A stretch of DNA of 64,000 nt from Eledone cirrhosa (GCA_964016885.1 OZ024741.1:319672001-319736000); one strand, 5' to 3'; counted from the first letter of the stretch, positions 12,114 to 26,065 are shown. Numbers and translations are program-made. The notes: a model not told the origin generated them from the letters alone.

Positions 12114-14910
12114 TGAATGTATATATATGATTTATTTCCTCATTCGATTGCTATGTTATCCCTTACTTTATATAATTTGTCCTTGTAATATCTCCTCATC
12201 CAGCATCATTATCCTTATGGAGTCGATAAAATAAAGTATCTGTCACACACTGGGGTTGATTTCATTGATTTTCCATTCCCCCAAATTGGTGGCCTTGTGC
12301 CTACATAGGTAACCATTATTATTTTTATTATTTGGGCAGTGGATTGGCATTATTGTTAGAGGATTGGACACATGCTTTGTGCTATTTTTTCCTGCCTTTT
12401 ACGTTCTGAGTTCAAAACTCACCGAGGTTAGCTTTGGGGTCATTTTAATCATTTTGTCTTACCCCAAAATTGTTGGCCTTGTGCCTGAATCAGAAACCAT
12501 TATTATTATTATTATTGAGGAATTCCCATTGATAGAATTTTTTTTATGGTAATCTTTCTTTTGACTATTGTTAAACCTGTTTACATGCAAAACCCCCCAC
12601 ACTGACACACACACACATACACACATTCTCTGTTTTCGTCCTGTGTTGCCCTAATGTTTTCTTATTGTAAACCCTTTGTGGTGAATAAAGAAATCATTAT
12701 TAGTAGTGGTAGTAAGGGTGGTGGATTGGCAGAATCGGTAGGGCATCAAATATCATGCTTTGCAACATAGAGTTACGTCCCTTTATGGTCTGAATTCAAA
12801 TCCCGCCGAGGTTAACTTTGCATTTCATCTTTACGGGATCGATAAAATAAAGCACCAGTAACGTACTGGTGTCAATTTAATCGACTTTCCCCTCCCTCCA
12901 AATTACTGGCCTTGTGCCTATACTAGAAATCATTGTTAGTAGTAGTAGTATTGTTTTGTGCAGTTTAGCCTCCATATATCTCAACCACTGAATTGATTCA
13001 ATAATTTTAAGACTGAATAGATTTCAAAATAATTCCTAGTAGTATCATCATCTGAACTTTGCATATGGAAGCTTTTATTATGACAGCTCTTTGATATTCT
13101 GTGTTTTATCAGTCTTAAATATTCACAACACTCCTATAATTGCAGGAACTGTAATTATGTGGTTACTCCATCTGCTAGATAGAAATAATAGTGAAATTGC
13201 CATCAAATTCTAACCTACCATCTTATTTAAAAAAAAAAAAAAAATATTGAAGTTTACAAAAATATAGTTACATTGAATAAAGTAGTTCTAGATATACACT
13301 CCTTTTTCTTTTGTGTTATATCCCTTTTTAATGGGGGTGGGGTGCACTTCTTACAGAGAATATGTGTCACAGTGAATTAAAAGAATCATTAAAGTGTTGG
13401 ACAAAATACATTGCAGTATATTTTCTGGCTCTCTCTCTGTGCTCTGAGTTCAAATCCTGGAGAAGTCAACTTTGCCTGTCTTCCTTTCAGGGTTTGATAA
13501 AATAAAGTAGCAATACAGCCTAGCAGAATTGTTAAAGTGTTGTATGAGATGTCTTGCAGTATTTGTTCCAGATGTTTGTGGTCTGAGTTTATATTGCGCT
13601 GTGGCCATCTTGCAAAATAGACTTAATCTATCACCCATCTTCATACTACCACCAGGATTTTGAATACTTGTTGCAATCATTTGGTCTCTGGTTTGAATAT
13701 ATCTGCCCTCTCCTTTTCTCTCCCTCTTTCTCTCTCCCTATCTTTCTCTCTCCCATTAGTCTCAGCTTTCAAAATTGGCATGGACCCTTCCTTTCCTAAT
13801 TTAAAAAGGAATATATGCCAGCACAACACACATCTAAACAATGTGTTGATTAGCTGCCTCAGCTTATAAATGGGGTATGGATTTTTGCCCATTTCACAGA
13901 CATAAAATGGGTGGAGGAGGTGGGGGTCAGATTATATTCAAGCATATACGGTGTGGTTTTTTCCTCACCCCAACTTCATTAAAACTTTCATTTAAAACAT
14001 TTTTCATTATCCTCTCTCATTTATCGAGCTAGTAATCACTTTTTTTTTTATACATGGGGCAGAGAAACATTTTTGAAGTGCAGTCTAGCACTTAATGTAA
14101 GTTCAATCCCAAGTTTTTTTTCTAAGGCAACATAAATGATGGTAATATACCACAAAGGAAGTTTTTTTACCATACATGGATTTATGACCGCCTTAAAAAA
14201 TTCACCCAGAATGAAAATGTTATAGAAATGGGACCTGACCCATCCATGACACCCTCTACCATGACTCCTTAATAACTATTCTCACTATCACTGAAAAAAC
14301 CACATTACATTAAACATGATCAATCAAACCTCTTTAAAATCTTAAGAAACTAGTCATAGCATTTGTTTTTTACCATCACAGTGTGTGTGTGTGTGTGACA
14401 GCTCACACCTATGTAAGTTTAGCTGGCGTCCTCCAAGGTATATTTCGTTGGAGGTGTCTTGGATAATTTAATGATAGGGACCCCAGTCCTATCATCTCAT
14501 TTCTACAGCTGAGTAAACAGGAGCAACATGAAATAAAGTGTCTTGCTCAAGGAAACAACACAAACCCCGTCCGAGAATTGAACTCACAACCTTTCGATTG
14601 CAAGCCCAATGCTCTAACCACTAAGCCATGCGCCTTCACAATTTATTTGAGATTACACTTATTCTCCCCTTCCCTCTCATCACCCTGTCAATCACCACCA
14701 CACTTGTCATATCCCATCCCGCTTCTCTGTCACATCATCGATTTGAACCTCAACACACCTATCATCTCTATACCACGTTATACTTGTCACCCTCCAGCAC
14801 CTAACTTCCTAAACTGTGTTTTGAAATTTTCAAGGTTAACAGTAAATCACGCAAATGTTTTGAAATCTGTTGTGCTTATTTCCTTTTAAATTTAAATTAA
14901 TTTTCCCTAG

Positions 14911-15033
14911 GTTATTCACTGAAAATGAGTTTTCTGTTTACCAAACTATCTGTTATTGGGTTTACTTCCACTTGAACCCCGATTGTCAATGTTTCCCCTT
15001 TTCCTTCAGCACTGTGATAACATATTTCAATGG
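14911..15033 (+). CDS. BTBD16: BTBD16-like exon B (LFTENEFSVYQTICYWVYFHLNPDCQCFPFSFSTVITYFNG), BACK region
   Basis: ttttccctag|G...AATGG|gtatgt; phase 2/2; matches the BACK-like RLFxxxEFxxYxxxxxW motif of GMCL1/BTBD16. Confidence 0.88.
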
Positions 15034-15429
15034 GTATGTATCTCATATTTCATTTCAATCTTAATTTTTTTTTTTTTTTTAAATTTCTTATTTTTTGGGG
15101 GTCCATGTTTAGGTGTCTACATCATGTGGCACCACAGACACTACCATATTTATCTATGATTACCCAGAAAGTAAATATCCTGTACCACCACCATCACCAG
15201 TACTAACAATGCCACTACTAAAATAAAAACAATAACACATCAACACCATCATCACCATCACCCACACCACACTCAATAACATCTCCATCATCATCATCTC
15301 CATCACTTACCTTCGAAATTCCCCCCCCTCCCACCACCATGAAAAGAATAAAAATCACAAGATATATTTCATTTCCATTTAGTTTTTCCATAAAATTATA
15401 AAAGATGTTTCAATAATTCTTCTTCCTAG

Positions 15430-15521
15430 GCTGACCAAACAACAATCCTTTCTGGAATCAGATGAGGGCCAGGAATATTACTATATGTTCTCTGCAGTTC
15501 GCTTCCATGGCATCACAGATG
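15430..15521 (+). CDS. BTBD16: BTBD16-like exon C (LTKQQSFLESDEGQEYYYMFSAVRFHGITD)
   Basis: ttcctag|G...GATG|gtaatt; phase 2/1; FLxxxxG...RxHGIT motif as in BTBD16. Confidence 0.88.
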
Positions 15522-15984
15522 GTAATTCTGTTTAATTGTTATCAACATCATCATCATCATCATCATCATTTAACGTCTATTTTCCATGCTAGTATGGGTT
15601 AACAGGTTTGTCCCATTAGAAGCAAGTTGGGTCAGATGACTGTCTTGCCTGTGTAGGACTGATTCTGGCTAGATTTCTATGGCTGGATGCCCTTCTTAAT
15701 GCCAACCACATTTACAGTGTGTGCTGGGTGCTTTTTGTCTTGTCTCCTACATAACCACTTTAGAGTGTGGGCTAGTTGCTTTTTATTGTGACACCTACAC
15801 AGCCACTTTACATTGTGGGCTGGATGTTTTTGTGATTATATAAATGTAGTTATTCTTGCTGTAACATGCTTTGGGGTATAAAAGACAAGCTAGCCATTGG
15901 TACTGTGTTGCTGTTGATTATGCATTTACAATAGACAAGTGACATACATATTGTTAACACAAAACAAATATAATTGACTAGCGT

Positions 15985-16260
15985 GGAGGCACGTGGTCTA
16001 ATGGTAAAGGTGTTCAACTTATGATCATAATGTTGTGGGTTCAATTCCTGGGCTGGGTTGTGTGTTGTATTCTTGAGCAAAACATTTCATTTCATGCTCC
16101 AGTATACTCAGCTGAAAATGAGTACCAGGAATAACTGGGGGTTTAACCCTGTGATGGACTGGCGCCCTGTCCAGGGAGAAATCTTGTACTCTCAGTCGCT
16201 TCATGCCATGGCACCGGGATAAGAACCGGCCTAACGAGCCTTAAATGGCTTAAGACAGAC
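15985..16260 (+). mobile_element. tRNA-head CORE-like SINE with a different 3' part
   Basis: A/B-box head, cttgagcaaaacattt CORE-like motif, accctgtgatggactggcgccctgtccaggg. Confidence 0.7.
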
Positions 16261-16416
16261 AGATTTAGCTGTATCTATGAAATAAAATAATCTGTGATAT
16301 TTTTATAATTAAAATAAATGTTGGTAGTGTGTTGTATACATTTAAAATAGGTAAGCAACATAAATTTCCTTTACGTACAACACAGCAAAATAATTGATTA
16401 AATGTATATGTGAAAT

Positions 16417-16764
16417 GGAGGCACATGGCTTAGTGGTTAGAGCATTGGCCTTGCAATCGAAAGGTTGTGAGTTCAATTCTCAGACCGGGTGATGTGTTGT
16501 TTCCTTGAGCAAGACACTTTATTTCACATTGCTCCAGTTTACTCAGCTGTAGAAATGAGATGATAGGGACTATGGTCCCTATCATTCCCCTGCAAAGTGG
16601 TCGTGGAGGTGCCACGGCAAAAAAGCACCCAGCACTCACTGTAAATGAGGTTGGTGTTAGGAAGGGCATCCAGCTGTAGAAATCAAGCCAGAATCAGTTC
16701 CCGTCCCACCCTTGCAAGCAGGGAAAAAGCGGACATAAAATGAAATGAAATGATGATGATGATG
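16417..16764 (+). mobile_element. Full-length tRNA/CORE-like/RTE-tail SINE; partial copies at 11471-11740 (-), 14470-14637 (-), 21568-21625 (+)
   Basis: tRNA-like head (tggcttagtgg, gagttcaattct), ccttgagcaagacactt, tail cccacccttgcaagcagggaaaa..(gat)n. Confidence 0.9.
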
Positions 16765-17554
16765 AAAATAAATATATTCTATTTACGACACAATTTTGAT
16801 GATTAAAATAGCTGTCAGTTGTGTATTGTATAACATTTCCTAGTGATTTATGAAATATCATACAGGATGGCAGCACATGACATTTCAGTGGAATGCCAAT
16901 ACATTCTTAGGAGTAGTGTTACTCATAATGCTTTTTTAAGGAATCTCTATACTTCATCCAGGTATGGTGACACTGCTTTACACTTAAACTAAATATTGTT
17001 ACAGCCTGGAGAGGCATGGGCTCCACCAGGTTTGAAATGCCTATGATATGCCAGGTGTCGGGTTAGTGCCCCTAAGACTCCATTAAGAGTTTAGGGCACT
17101 TTACCATATCAGCTGAGAAGGAAATGCTTGAAATTCTGTCAAAAATGCTGCATTTTGAAGCAATAGCTATGAAATCTAATTCATAAATGGCTTCAGGTAT
17201 GTTACATGAAGAGTTCGTTGGTTTGAAGGGTTGTGTTTACTTTGTATTCAGCCAACAAAAGACATTGCCTGTGATGCAACTATGTAATAATTGTTTCTAC
17301 TTTTGGCACAAGGCTACCTCAGTGCATTACTGGTGCTTTATTTTATCGACCCCGTAAGGATGAAAGGCAAAATTAACCTCAGTGGGATTTGAACTCTGTA
17401 ACTCTGTGTTGCAAAGTATCTTGTCTGATACTCTACCGATACTGCCAATTGACCACATTACCTAGATACTTAAAAGGAATCGATGTGAAGAAATCAAAAG
17501 TGGAGGTTCAAGGTCACACATAGTTTCTTCGATCAATCAGGAATTGCTGGCACA

Positions 17555-18120
17555 AATACTACCATCACCACCACTACCACTGTAATCACTATCCCCACTA
17601 GCATCACACTACCAACTATCACAGTCATCACCATTACTACCACTATCAGCACCAACACCACCATAACTACAGGCACCAGCAGCTCTAACACGACCATTTC
17701 CACCACTACCACAACCACCAACACCACTATCACAACCACCAACACCACTATTACAACAACGACAAACGCCAACCCCTCTACCACCACAACTAACACCACA
17801 ACTACCATCCCCATAACCATCATCATCACCCATCCACCCCCCATAACTGCTACCACAACCACCACGATACCTACCACTATAATTATCATCACCACTACTA
17901 CCACCACCACCACCACCACCACCACCACCACCACCACCACCGCCATAATTGTCATCATCATGACTTCCACCACTACAGTATAATCCTCTTCATCTTCATA
18001 ACCCCACTGCCACCACCACCACTACAACCATAATCATCATCATCTTCATAACCCCACTGCCACCACCACCACTACAACCATAATCATCATCATTCTTATC
18101 ATCAACATCACCATCTTCAT
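17555..18120. repeat. Degenerate (ACC/ACT/ATC)n trinucleotide tract with a local ~49-bp duplication
   Basis: Direct inspection. Confidence 0.9.
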
Positions 18121-18458
18121 CATATTGAGTTCAAATCCCGCCGAGGTTAACTTTGCCTTTCATCCTTACGGGGTCGATAAAATAAAGTACCAGTAATGTA
18201 CTGAGTGATTGCTGGCCTTGTGCCAAATGTAGAAACAATTATAACTATATAAGGATGAAAGGCAAAGTTAACCTCGGCGGGATTTGAACTCAGAATGGAA
18301 AGGGCCGTAACTCTTTGCGCTTTGCCGAGAGGTTAACTTTGCCTTTAATCTTTACGGAGTCGATAAAATAAAGTACCAGTAATACACTGGGTAATTTGCT
18401 GTCCTTGTGCCAAAAGTAGAAACAATTATAACTATATATCTGCCAATATCTATTCCAG

Positions 18459-18541
18459 CCACCCATCTCCATCAGATTCAAACCATGAACATCGTGCCTC
18501 AAAGACAGATTGTAGATGTCTTATCTCATCATTTTGATTCG
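18459..18541 (+). CDS. BTBD16: BTBD16-like exon D (ATHLHQIQTMNIVPQRQIVDVLSHHFDS)
   Basis: ttccag|CC...TCG|gtaaga; phase 1/0, exactly bridges exons C and E. Confidence 0.85.
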
Positions 18542-18779
18542 GTAAGAGAAGTACTTCATGTATGTCTATGAGAGTATGTGTGTGTGTATGTGTGTATGTG
18601 TGCGTGTATATGTGTATGTGAGCGTGTACATGTATTATTTAGTAAGAGAAGTACTTCATGTATGTGTTTGTGAGTGTTTGTGTATGTGGATGTGTAGGTG
18701 AGTGTTTCTGTGTATGTGTCTATGTGTATGTATGTCAGCCTATGTCTTTATTGATTCGCTTGGTGAATGAATCAAAGCA

Positions 18780-18882
<103 letters not shown>

Positions 18883-19117
18883 GTATGTTTGTATGTATGT
18901 ATGTTTGTATGTATGTATGTATGTATGTATGTATGAAGTGTGTATATCAATTTCACTACGTGACATACATCCAATGTGTGTGCATGTGTATGCACACGTG
19001 TGTCAATGTTTGCAAGTTCTAGTATATTAATATGAGTGTGGGTTTGTCTATGTTTCTGTAAGTGTTGATATGCCATTGTGTATGTGTACCTATGCTGAGT
19101 ATGTACATGTATGAGTG

Positions 19118-19755
19118 GTGTGTGTATGTGAACATATGTGTATGTGTGAACACATGTGTGTGTGTGTATATGAACGTATGTATGTGTGTATGTGAACATA
19201 TGTGTATGTGTGAAAACGTGTGTGTGTGTATATGAACATATGTATGTGTGTATGTGAACATATGTGTATGTGTGAACGTATGTGTGTGTGTATATGAACA
19301 TATGTATGTGTGTACGTGAACATATGTGTATGTGTGAACGTATGTGTCTGTGTATATGAACATATGTATGTGTGTATGTGAACATATGTGTATGTGTGAA
19401 CACGTGTGTGTGTGTGTATATGAACGTATGTATGTGTGTATGTGAACATATGTGTATGTTTGAACGTGTGTGTGTATATGAACGTATGTATGTGTGTATG
19501 TGAACATATGTGTATGTTTGAACGTGTGTGTGTATATGAACGTATGTATGTGTGTATGTGAACATATGTGTATGTGTGAACACGTGTGTGTGTGTGTATA
19601 TGAACGTATGTATGTGTGTATGTGAACATATGTGTATGTGTGAACACGTGTGTGTGTGTGTGTATATGAACGTATGTATGTGTGTATGTGAACATATGTG
19701 TATGTGTGAACACGTGTGTGTGTGTGTATATGAATGTAAGTATGTGTGTATGTGA
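19118..19755. repeat. ~58-62 bp minisatellite built of tgtg..gaac subunits, about 10 copies
   Basis: gtgtatatgaacgtatgtatgtgtgtatgtgaacatatgtgtatgtgtgaacac repeated. Confidence 0.95.
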
Positions 19756-20093
19756 ACTTGTGTCAATGCATACTTCTGGTAAACACCAACAGCATTATCA
19801 AACAACAACACCAAATACATTACCATCATTACCCTGCAAACAACAACAACAACAACAACACCGGATCCAAACAATTACTTCATTAGCTAATTGATTGCCG
19901 AATCAAATAAATGGGAATGTAATACATGGTAGCATGCTGGTAGAGAGGAGGAATAGAGAGATGATGTAGATGTTGACCATGTGATCACAAAACAGAGATA
20001 GATAGATATAGTGCATATCTGCATGTGTGTATGTTTGCATCAATACAACTGTAGAGCTCTTGGTTCCTTCTCCTTCTGTGTACACTCCATACA

Positions 20094-20137
<44 letters not shown>

Positions 20138-20174
20138 CATACATTCAAAGAGAGAGAGAGAGAATTCTAGAAGG

Positions 20175-20635
20175 ATATACCCACACACATTTTGACCCAT
20201 TCAACTCGTGCCACTCTAGACACACCAAAATGGCAATTCCTTATAACCTAGCCAGAAGGATCTGCACAATAATTTCAGATAAATACACATGCTACACACG
20301 ACTAGAAGAATTAAAAAACACACTTATCAGCAGAAACTACCCACCATCCCTAATCAACAATGGATTCCAACGTGCCCTAAAACTCGACATTTTGATCTGC
20401 TTATCTTCAAGAACTATGCCTGTAAATAACATTATTTCTTCTTTCACATTGACTTATTATGCTCCACATTACTCCCTTTTTTTTCTTTTTTCTTTTCACT
20501 TCATAAACCTTGTTTGTAAATGACATTATTCTTTCTGCACCATTTCTTTAACATGTCCAACACCACCATTCTACACCAATACATATTATTATCATTTGAT
20601 AATGCATAAAAATGCTGAAACCGGTAATAGACAAT
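20175..20635 (+). mobile_element. Penelope-like element fragment (RT thumb) with decayed hammerhead remnant
   Basis: PFNSCHSRHTKMAIPYNLARRICTIISD...RLEELKNTLISRNYP; downstream tgataatgc..gctGAAACCGGTA. Confidence 0.7.
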
Positions 20636-20798
20636 TATTAAATATATAAATATATAAATAAATGCCATTGTTAATTAATAAATAAATCAACTAATACCTT
20701 AACACTTCACACAAAGTAAAATATTTCGTTTTAATCATTTTCTAACCCAGAAAAAAGAAATAAATAAATAAAAAGGGAAAAATATATATGTATATATC

Positions 20799-21105
20799 AT
20801 CATCATCATCATTATCAATTTATGTCTGCTTTTCCCTGCTTGCAAGGGTTGGACGGGTCCTATTCAGCACAGCATCTCTCCGCTTGTCACGGTCCTTCGT
20901 CATCTCCTCGGTGAGTTTCAGCGATCTGAGGTCTGCTCTCACCACCTCTGCCCATGTTTTACGTGGTCTACCCCTACTGCGTCTTCCTTCTACTAGGATT
21001 TCTTGGCTCTTCTTTATCCAGCGGTCATCCTCCATGCGCATCACATGTCCATACCATCTCAGCCTTCTCTCCTGCACACCACAACTTATTCCTCTTATAC
21101 CCAGT
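20799..21105 (-). mobile_element. RTE-clade LINE 3' end, 5'-truncated
   Basis: RRLRWYGHVMRM...VEGRRSRGRPRKTW...DR motif; (GAT)n tail. Confidence 0.9.
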
Positions 21106-22869
21106 TTCTTTTATATATATATATATAAAAGGAGTCAGGACCCCGACAGCTGAGCTCTGGCCATTTTGACTACTAGATTGAAACATATATATATATATAC
21201 TAGATAAACACAGAGATGCAATATCACAGATGCTTGTTGGAAAAGAAAAATGAATGTTTCAATGTATCGAACATTAGTCCTTCCTCAGAAAAGTTGAGGT
21301 TGGTAAGTTAGAAAATATTTGTGAGAGAAAAACAGTTTTATCATGATGGCTGATGTGGGTGGGCAAGTAGTTTTGCATGTGTTTGAATGTATACATGTAA
21401 ATATGCCTATGAATTATTGTAGTTCCATTAAAAATTCTTCCCCATATGAAACCATGGTAGGGAAATCTATATATAAGCGAAGTTATATAGAAAAATCTTT
21501 TCGTCTATCTTGTTTATACTCATAGAATTAGTGTTTTTTCTCATTTAATTTTAATATATATATATATGTCCCACCCTTGCAAGCAGGGAAAAGCGGACAT
21601 AAAATGAAATGATGATGATGATGATATATATATATATATAATTCACTGTTGCACTAAGACAGTGTTTAAGCATAATAGAGGTGTATATGAAGACATATAT
21701 AAGTATATATAATACCTTTATATACAATAAACATATGGGTAGCCTCACTGCTGGAAAAAATATTTTTCTGTAACAAAACGAAATAAACCGAAAAAAATTT
21801 TTTCTATTTTCCTCCATTAATATATCATAGAGTTGTCAGTATATTCTGAGAGTATCAGACAACCTTGTTTCAAGATTAACTAACCTTTGTTGAGCAGGAG
21901 CCTTGCGAATTAGTGAACTGCTTTTCTTTGCCAAGAAACCTTACATTAGCTATGTCAAAGGAGCTGGAATGTTATTAGGATGTAGCAGCCAGATTTGGGA
22001 GGCTCACAAATCCAGTCTCTTGCACTGAACTGCATCATGAAGACAGTTGTCTTAATAGTACTTCTTTCTAACATAGACATTTTGGTATGTATTTTTGATG
22101 CTTTGTTTCAAATAAAGTAGCGAGCTTCACCTCCATTTTGCTCCATATTTTACATGTTGATTTAGAGCCTAGGTATTGTTGGATTGTAGGTGGTGAATTG
22201 GCAGAATCGTTAGAATGTTTGATAGAATGCTTTATGTTATTCATTTTGGCTCCCTGCTCTCTGAGTTCAAATCCCACCAAGGTCAACTTTGCCTTTCATC
22301 CATTAATGGTCGATAAAAAAACCAGTCAAGTATTGGGGTTGATTCTTCCTCTATGTCTCTTTCTCACTTCCATTTCTCACTCTCTCTATCCTTCTCTGGA
22401 AGAAATCCACTGTATTCAGGCCTGGAGAGGAGATAGGCTCTGCCAGGTTTAAAAAATGCCCTAGAAATGCTGTATGTCAATATGGGGCCCCTACGACTCC
22501 TCAGGAGTTACGAGTCCATACCATTGTTGGATTCTTCCCCAGGATGACTGAGCTTTGGTTTCTGGGTCATTGCCAAACACCAACTTCTCATTCAGTGATC
22601 AACATATTCAGGAACTTGGGAAACTTGTTATCTCTATCAGGTGAAATGAAAATGTAACTAGTACATAGTACAGCACCTAATGCAGAGGTTTCCTGACAGT
22701 GACATATGTATCTAGCTTGCCCACCAAAAACCAGGTATGCATGTGAATGCATGCAGCTCCGCTCTGTACATTTTTGTATCTCTAACATCATTACTTCCCA
22801 GGTAAAAAAAAAATGAAAAGAAGTTAAAGTCGTATAATTTTTTGATTGACCTTGTATATTTATATATAT

Positions 22870-22988
22870 GTTTATGGCCATATCACGCTGAAAACACCGG
22901 TTCTCGTCCGATCACCGAAGTTAAGTAATGTCGAGCCTAGTTAGTACTTAGATGGGTGACCGCTTGGGAACCCTAGGTGCCGTAAGCA
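22870..22988 (+). pseudogene. Full-length 5S rRNA-derived sequence (retroposed; head of a 5S-RTE chimera)
   Basis: 119 nt with cgatcaccgaagttaag and ttagtacttagatgggtgaccgcttgggaa; no oligo-T terminator; CpG-type decay. Confidence 0.9.
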
Positions 22989-23056
22989 TTGACTGCTACC
23001 GTCTAACCCATGCTAGCGTGGAAAATGGACGTTAAACGAAGATGATGATGATGATG

Positions 23057-23140
<84 letters not shown>

Positions 23141-24198
23141 ACATATATTTTTATATCTATATGGGTTTCTTTATAGAAAGGTAGGTAGATAGAGAGGGAA
23201 AGATGTAGTGTGAGAGATAAAGGCACATAAATATATTAAGTTTCTCTTTCCTTCATCAGCCAGCAGTGTGTTTAAATATTTTGATTGCTCAAAATTGTCT
23301 TTCTTCCAATATCTGTAAAAGAAAATTTTTATACGTTTCCTTATTCAATGGTTCAATAAATCGAAGTTGTCCTAGATTTGGTACAACATGTGTTTGAACG
23401 CATTGATATTTAAAATTTTTCTTTCTCTGAATGTTAGACATTCATTGACACAAATAGAATAAGGAAGAAAACTTATTTTGATCATCTAAGATTCTTTAAT
23501 AAATTTAACTCTTGAGTATAATCACAGGTTTCTATATATAAATCTGCACTGATGAATGGTGGTTTAGACTGAAATGAGGGTGTATATATATACACATATA
23601 TATATATGTATGTATATATATATATATCTTTCTGATTATGTGTGTGTATATATATATAACAAAGAAAGTGTGGTAAGGAACCAGGTGGACTATAATACAC
23701 CAGAGTACTCGATACTTAGGGTTGTAGAGTGGGTAATAGGAAAAGAGTCAGGACCCTGCCATTTCGATAGTTAGATCCAAACTAATCCATTCGGTTCTAG
23801 CTGTTGAAACGGCCGGAGCTCAGCTGTCAGGTGCCCTGAATCTTTTCATATATATATATATATATATATATTATATCATCATCATCATCATCGTCGTTTA
23901 ACGTCCATCTACCATGCTAGCATGGGTTAGATGGTTTTGTTCCATTTGATGTGGGAATGGTTGGGAGACCATGTCTCGCTCGCACGGAGCATCTCTGGCA
24001 GGTTTTTTTTACAGCTGGATGCCCTTCCTAACACCAACCACATTTACAGTGTGGACTGGGAGCCTTTTCACCGTGTCTGCTACACAGCTACCTTACAGTG
24101 TGGACTGTTGTGTCATCGACACAGTTGACAGAACGGGAGAGGGAGGATGTGGCAATGGGGTGTACATTGAGTTAAGAGGTGCCTACTGACTGTATATG

Positions 24199-24235
<37 letters not shown>

Positions 24236-25271
24236 TATTCAACAAATAAGAGACAAGAAGACTTGACGTGTAGGCTATATAATTGTATTAATACTTTTAT
24301 TAATACCTACTAGATTCAGAGACATAAAATAAAGCATGTCTGATTTATTTGGAAGTCTTTATACTGTGTGATCAGGCAGCTATGATATTTGAATATGTCT
24401 GAATGGCACAGCACAAAGTTAATGTGTTAGGCAGTCCAGATCACATGACAGAACCAGTAATTAGATGACCACTAGGTATTATTTGTTAGCAGGTGTGATG
24501 ACTAGGAGTAATTAGTAGAAATTCCAGAGATCCAGATTAATTAAAATTTATAATAAAATATATATATCTTGTGAAACCATTTTGCTGGTTTCAGAGCTGG
24601 TGAGGGGGAAGATGTGAGTGTGTAAACTTGTTTTCTACATCCCCTTTCTTTATTTCTTTCTTCCAGTCACTTGTATGCACCAACACACTTCTCCTTGTCC
24701 TCTTTCAATTTTTTTCTATATTTCATCTGCCTGTCACCGACCTTGTGGATTGTCTCTCTGTTGACCACTGGTCTCTGTCCTTTGAGGCATTTTTGCCCAT
24801 CGTTGTCTTTGACAGCATTTAGCTGTTTTAATGGCTCTTCTATCGATGAGTTTTCTCATTTTTATATGTATATAATATATTATTAATAACGAATGGATTT
24901 ACATTAAGTAACAGAAATTTTTCTGCTGCTGCCAAAAGTGGACCTCATTGATAATTTGAAATCATTTGTTGTTACAACTCTTTCATGAAAGCCAAATGTT
25001 ATTTGATAGAGTGAACCAAGAAATCTTAATCAATTATAATTGTACCTGTGATAAGCAGAAAACAATTAATCAAATGATCAATTCTGATCAAGAATGGTAG
25101 GGGAGATAGATACCCTCACAATATTAATTAAATATATCCACTTATTCTTTTGATGGTTTCAAACATCGAGCATTCTAAGTATAGAGTATTAAGTTGAATA
25201 ATGATCTGACTGGTCTTATGGTCTTAACTAATAACATCTCATCCATCTCTCTCTGTCTTTCTCTCTCTCTG

Positions 25272-25305
<34 letters not shown>

Positions 25306-25682
25306 CACATATGTAGTTGACGGTGGAGAGAAAATAGTACTCAATACCGGAGTTGTGTTTAGATATTCATTTTATTAAATGAGTTTATTACTTGGGAGTT
25401 CACTTGCTTCTAATATATATAAAAGCAAAAATAAATGGAGGAGAAGGCAATACATTTAAAAACAAGATTTACTCCTTACACACAGTTTCATCTAAGGTAT
25501 AATTACAATATAACATGTCTATATATATATATGCATATGCATATATATTATTATAAAGACTATGCACTTAGAATCCTCAGAGAAGAAACATTGTTGTCTT
25601 TAATGATGTTGCTGGAGTGGAGTCCAATCTGTACAACAGCAAAACAAGTTTCTCCATTATATGTATGTCTATATATATAAAT

Positions 25683-26022
25683 GGAGGCACATGGCTTAGT
25701 GGTTAGAGCATTGGCCTTGCAATCGAAAGGTTGTGAGTTCAATTCTCAGACCGGGTTATGTGTTGTTTCCTTGAGCAAGACACTTTATTTCACATTGCTC
25801 CAGTTTACTCAGCTGTAGAAATGAGATGATAGGGACTGAGGTCCTTATCATTCCACTGTAAAGTGGTCGTGGAGGTGCCACGGCAAAAAAGCACTCAGCA
25901 CTCACTGTAAATGAGGTTGGTGTTAGGAAGGGCATCCAGCTGTAGAAATCAAGCCACAATCAGTTCCCGTCCCACCCTTGCAAGCAGGGAAAAGCGGACG
26001 GAAAATGAAATGATGATGATGA

Positions 26023-26026
<4 letters not shown>
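25683..26026 (+). mobile_element. Second full-length copy of the tRNA/CORE-like/RTE-tail SINE
   Basis: Near-identical to 16417-16764. Confidence 0.9.

Positions 26027-26065
<39 letters not shown>

Noticed and set aside
16417-16490. tRNA gene
   Set aside because: The tRNA-like head continues into a SINE body and is multicopy
17533-17973. Val-rich or mucin-like Thr-rich ORF
   Set aside because: Trinucleotide low-complexity tract within an intron; exons C and D already join in phase without it
22870-22988. Functional 5S rRNA gene
   Set aside because: Isolated, no T-run terminator, CpG-decay substitutions, fused to a retroposon tail
21250-23262. Additional hammerheads (CTGAGGA at ~21282 minus; CTGATGA at ~23253 minus)
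   Set aside because: Core words are present but stems I and II do not pair; at best decayed relics
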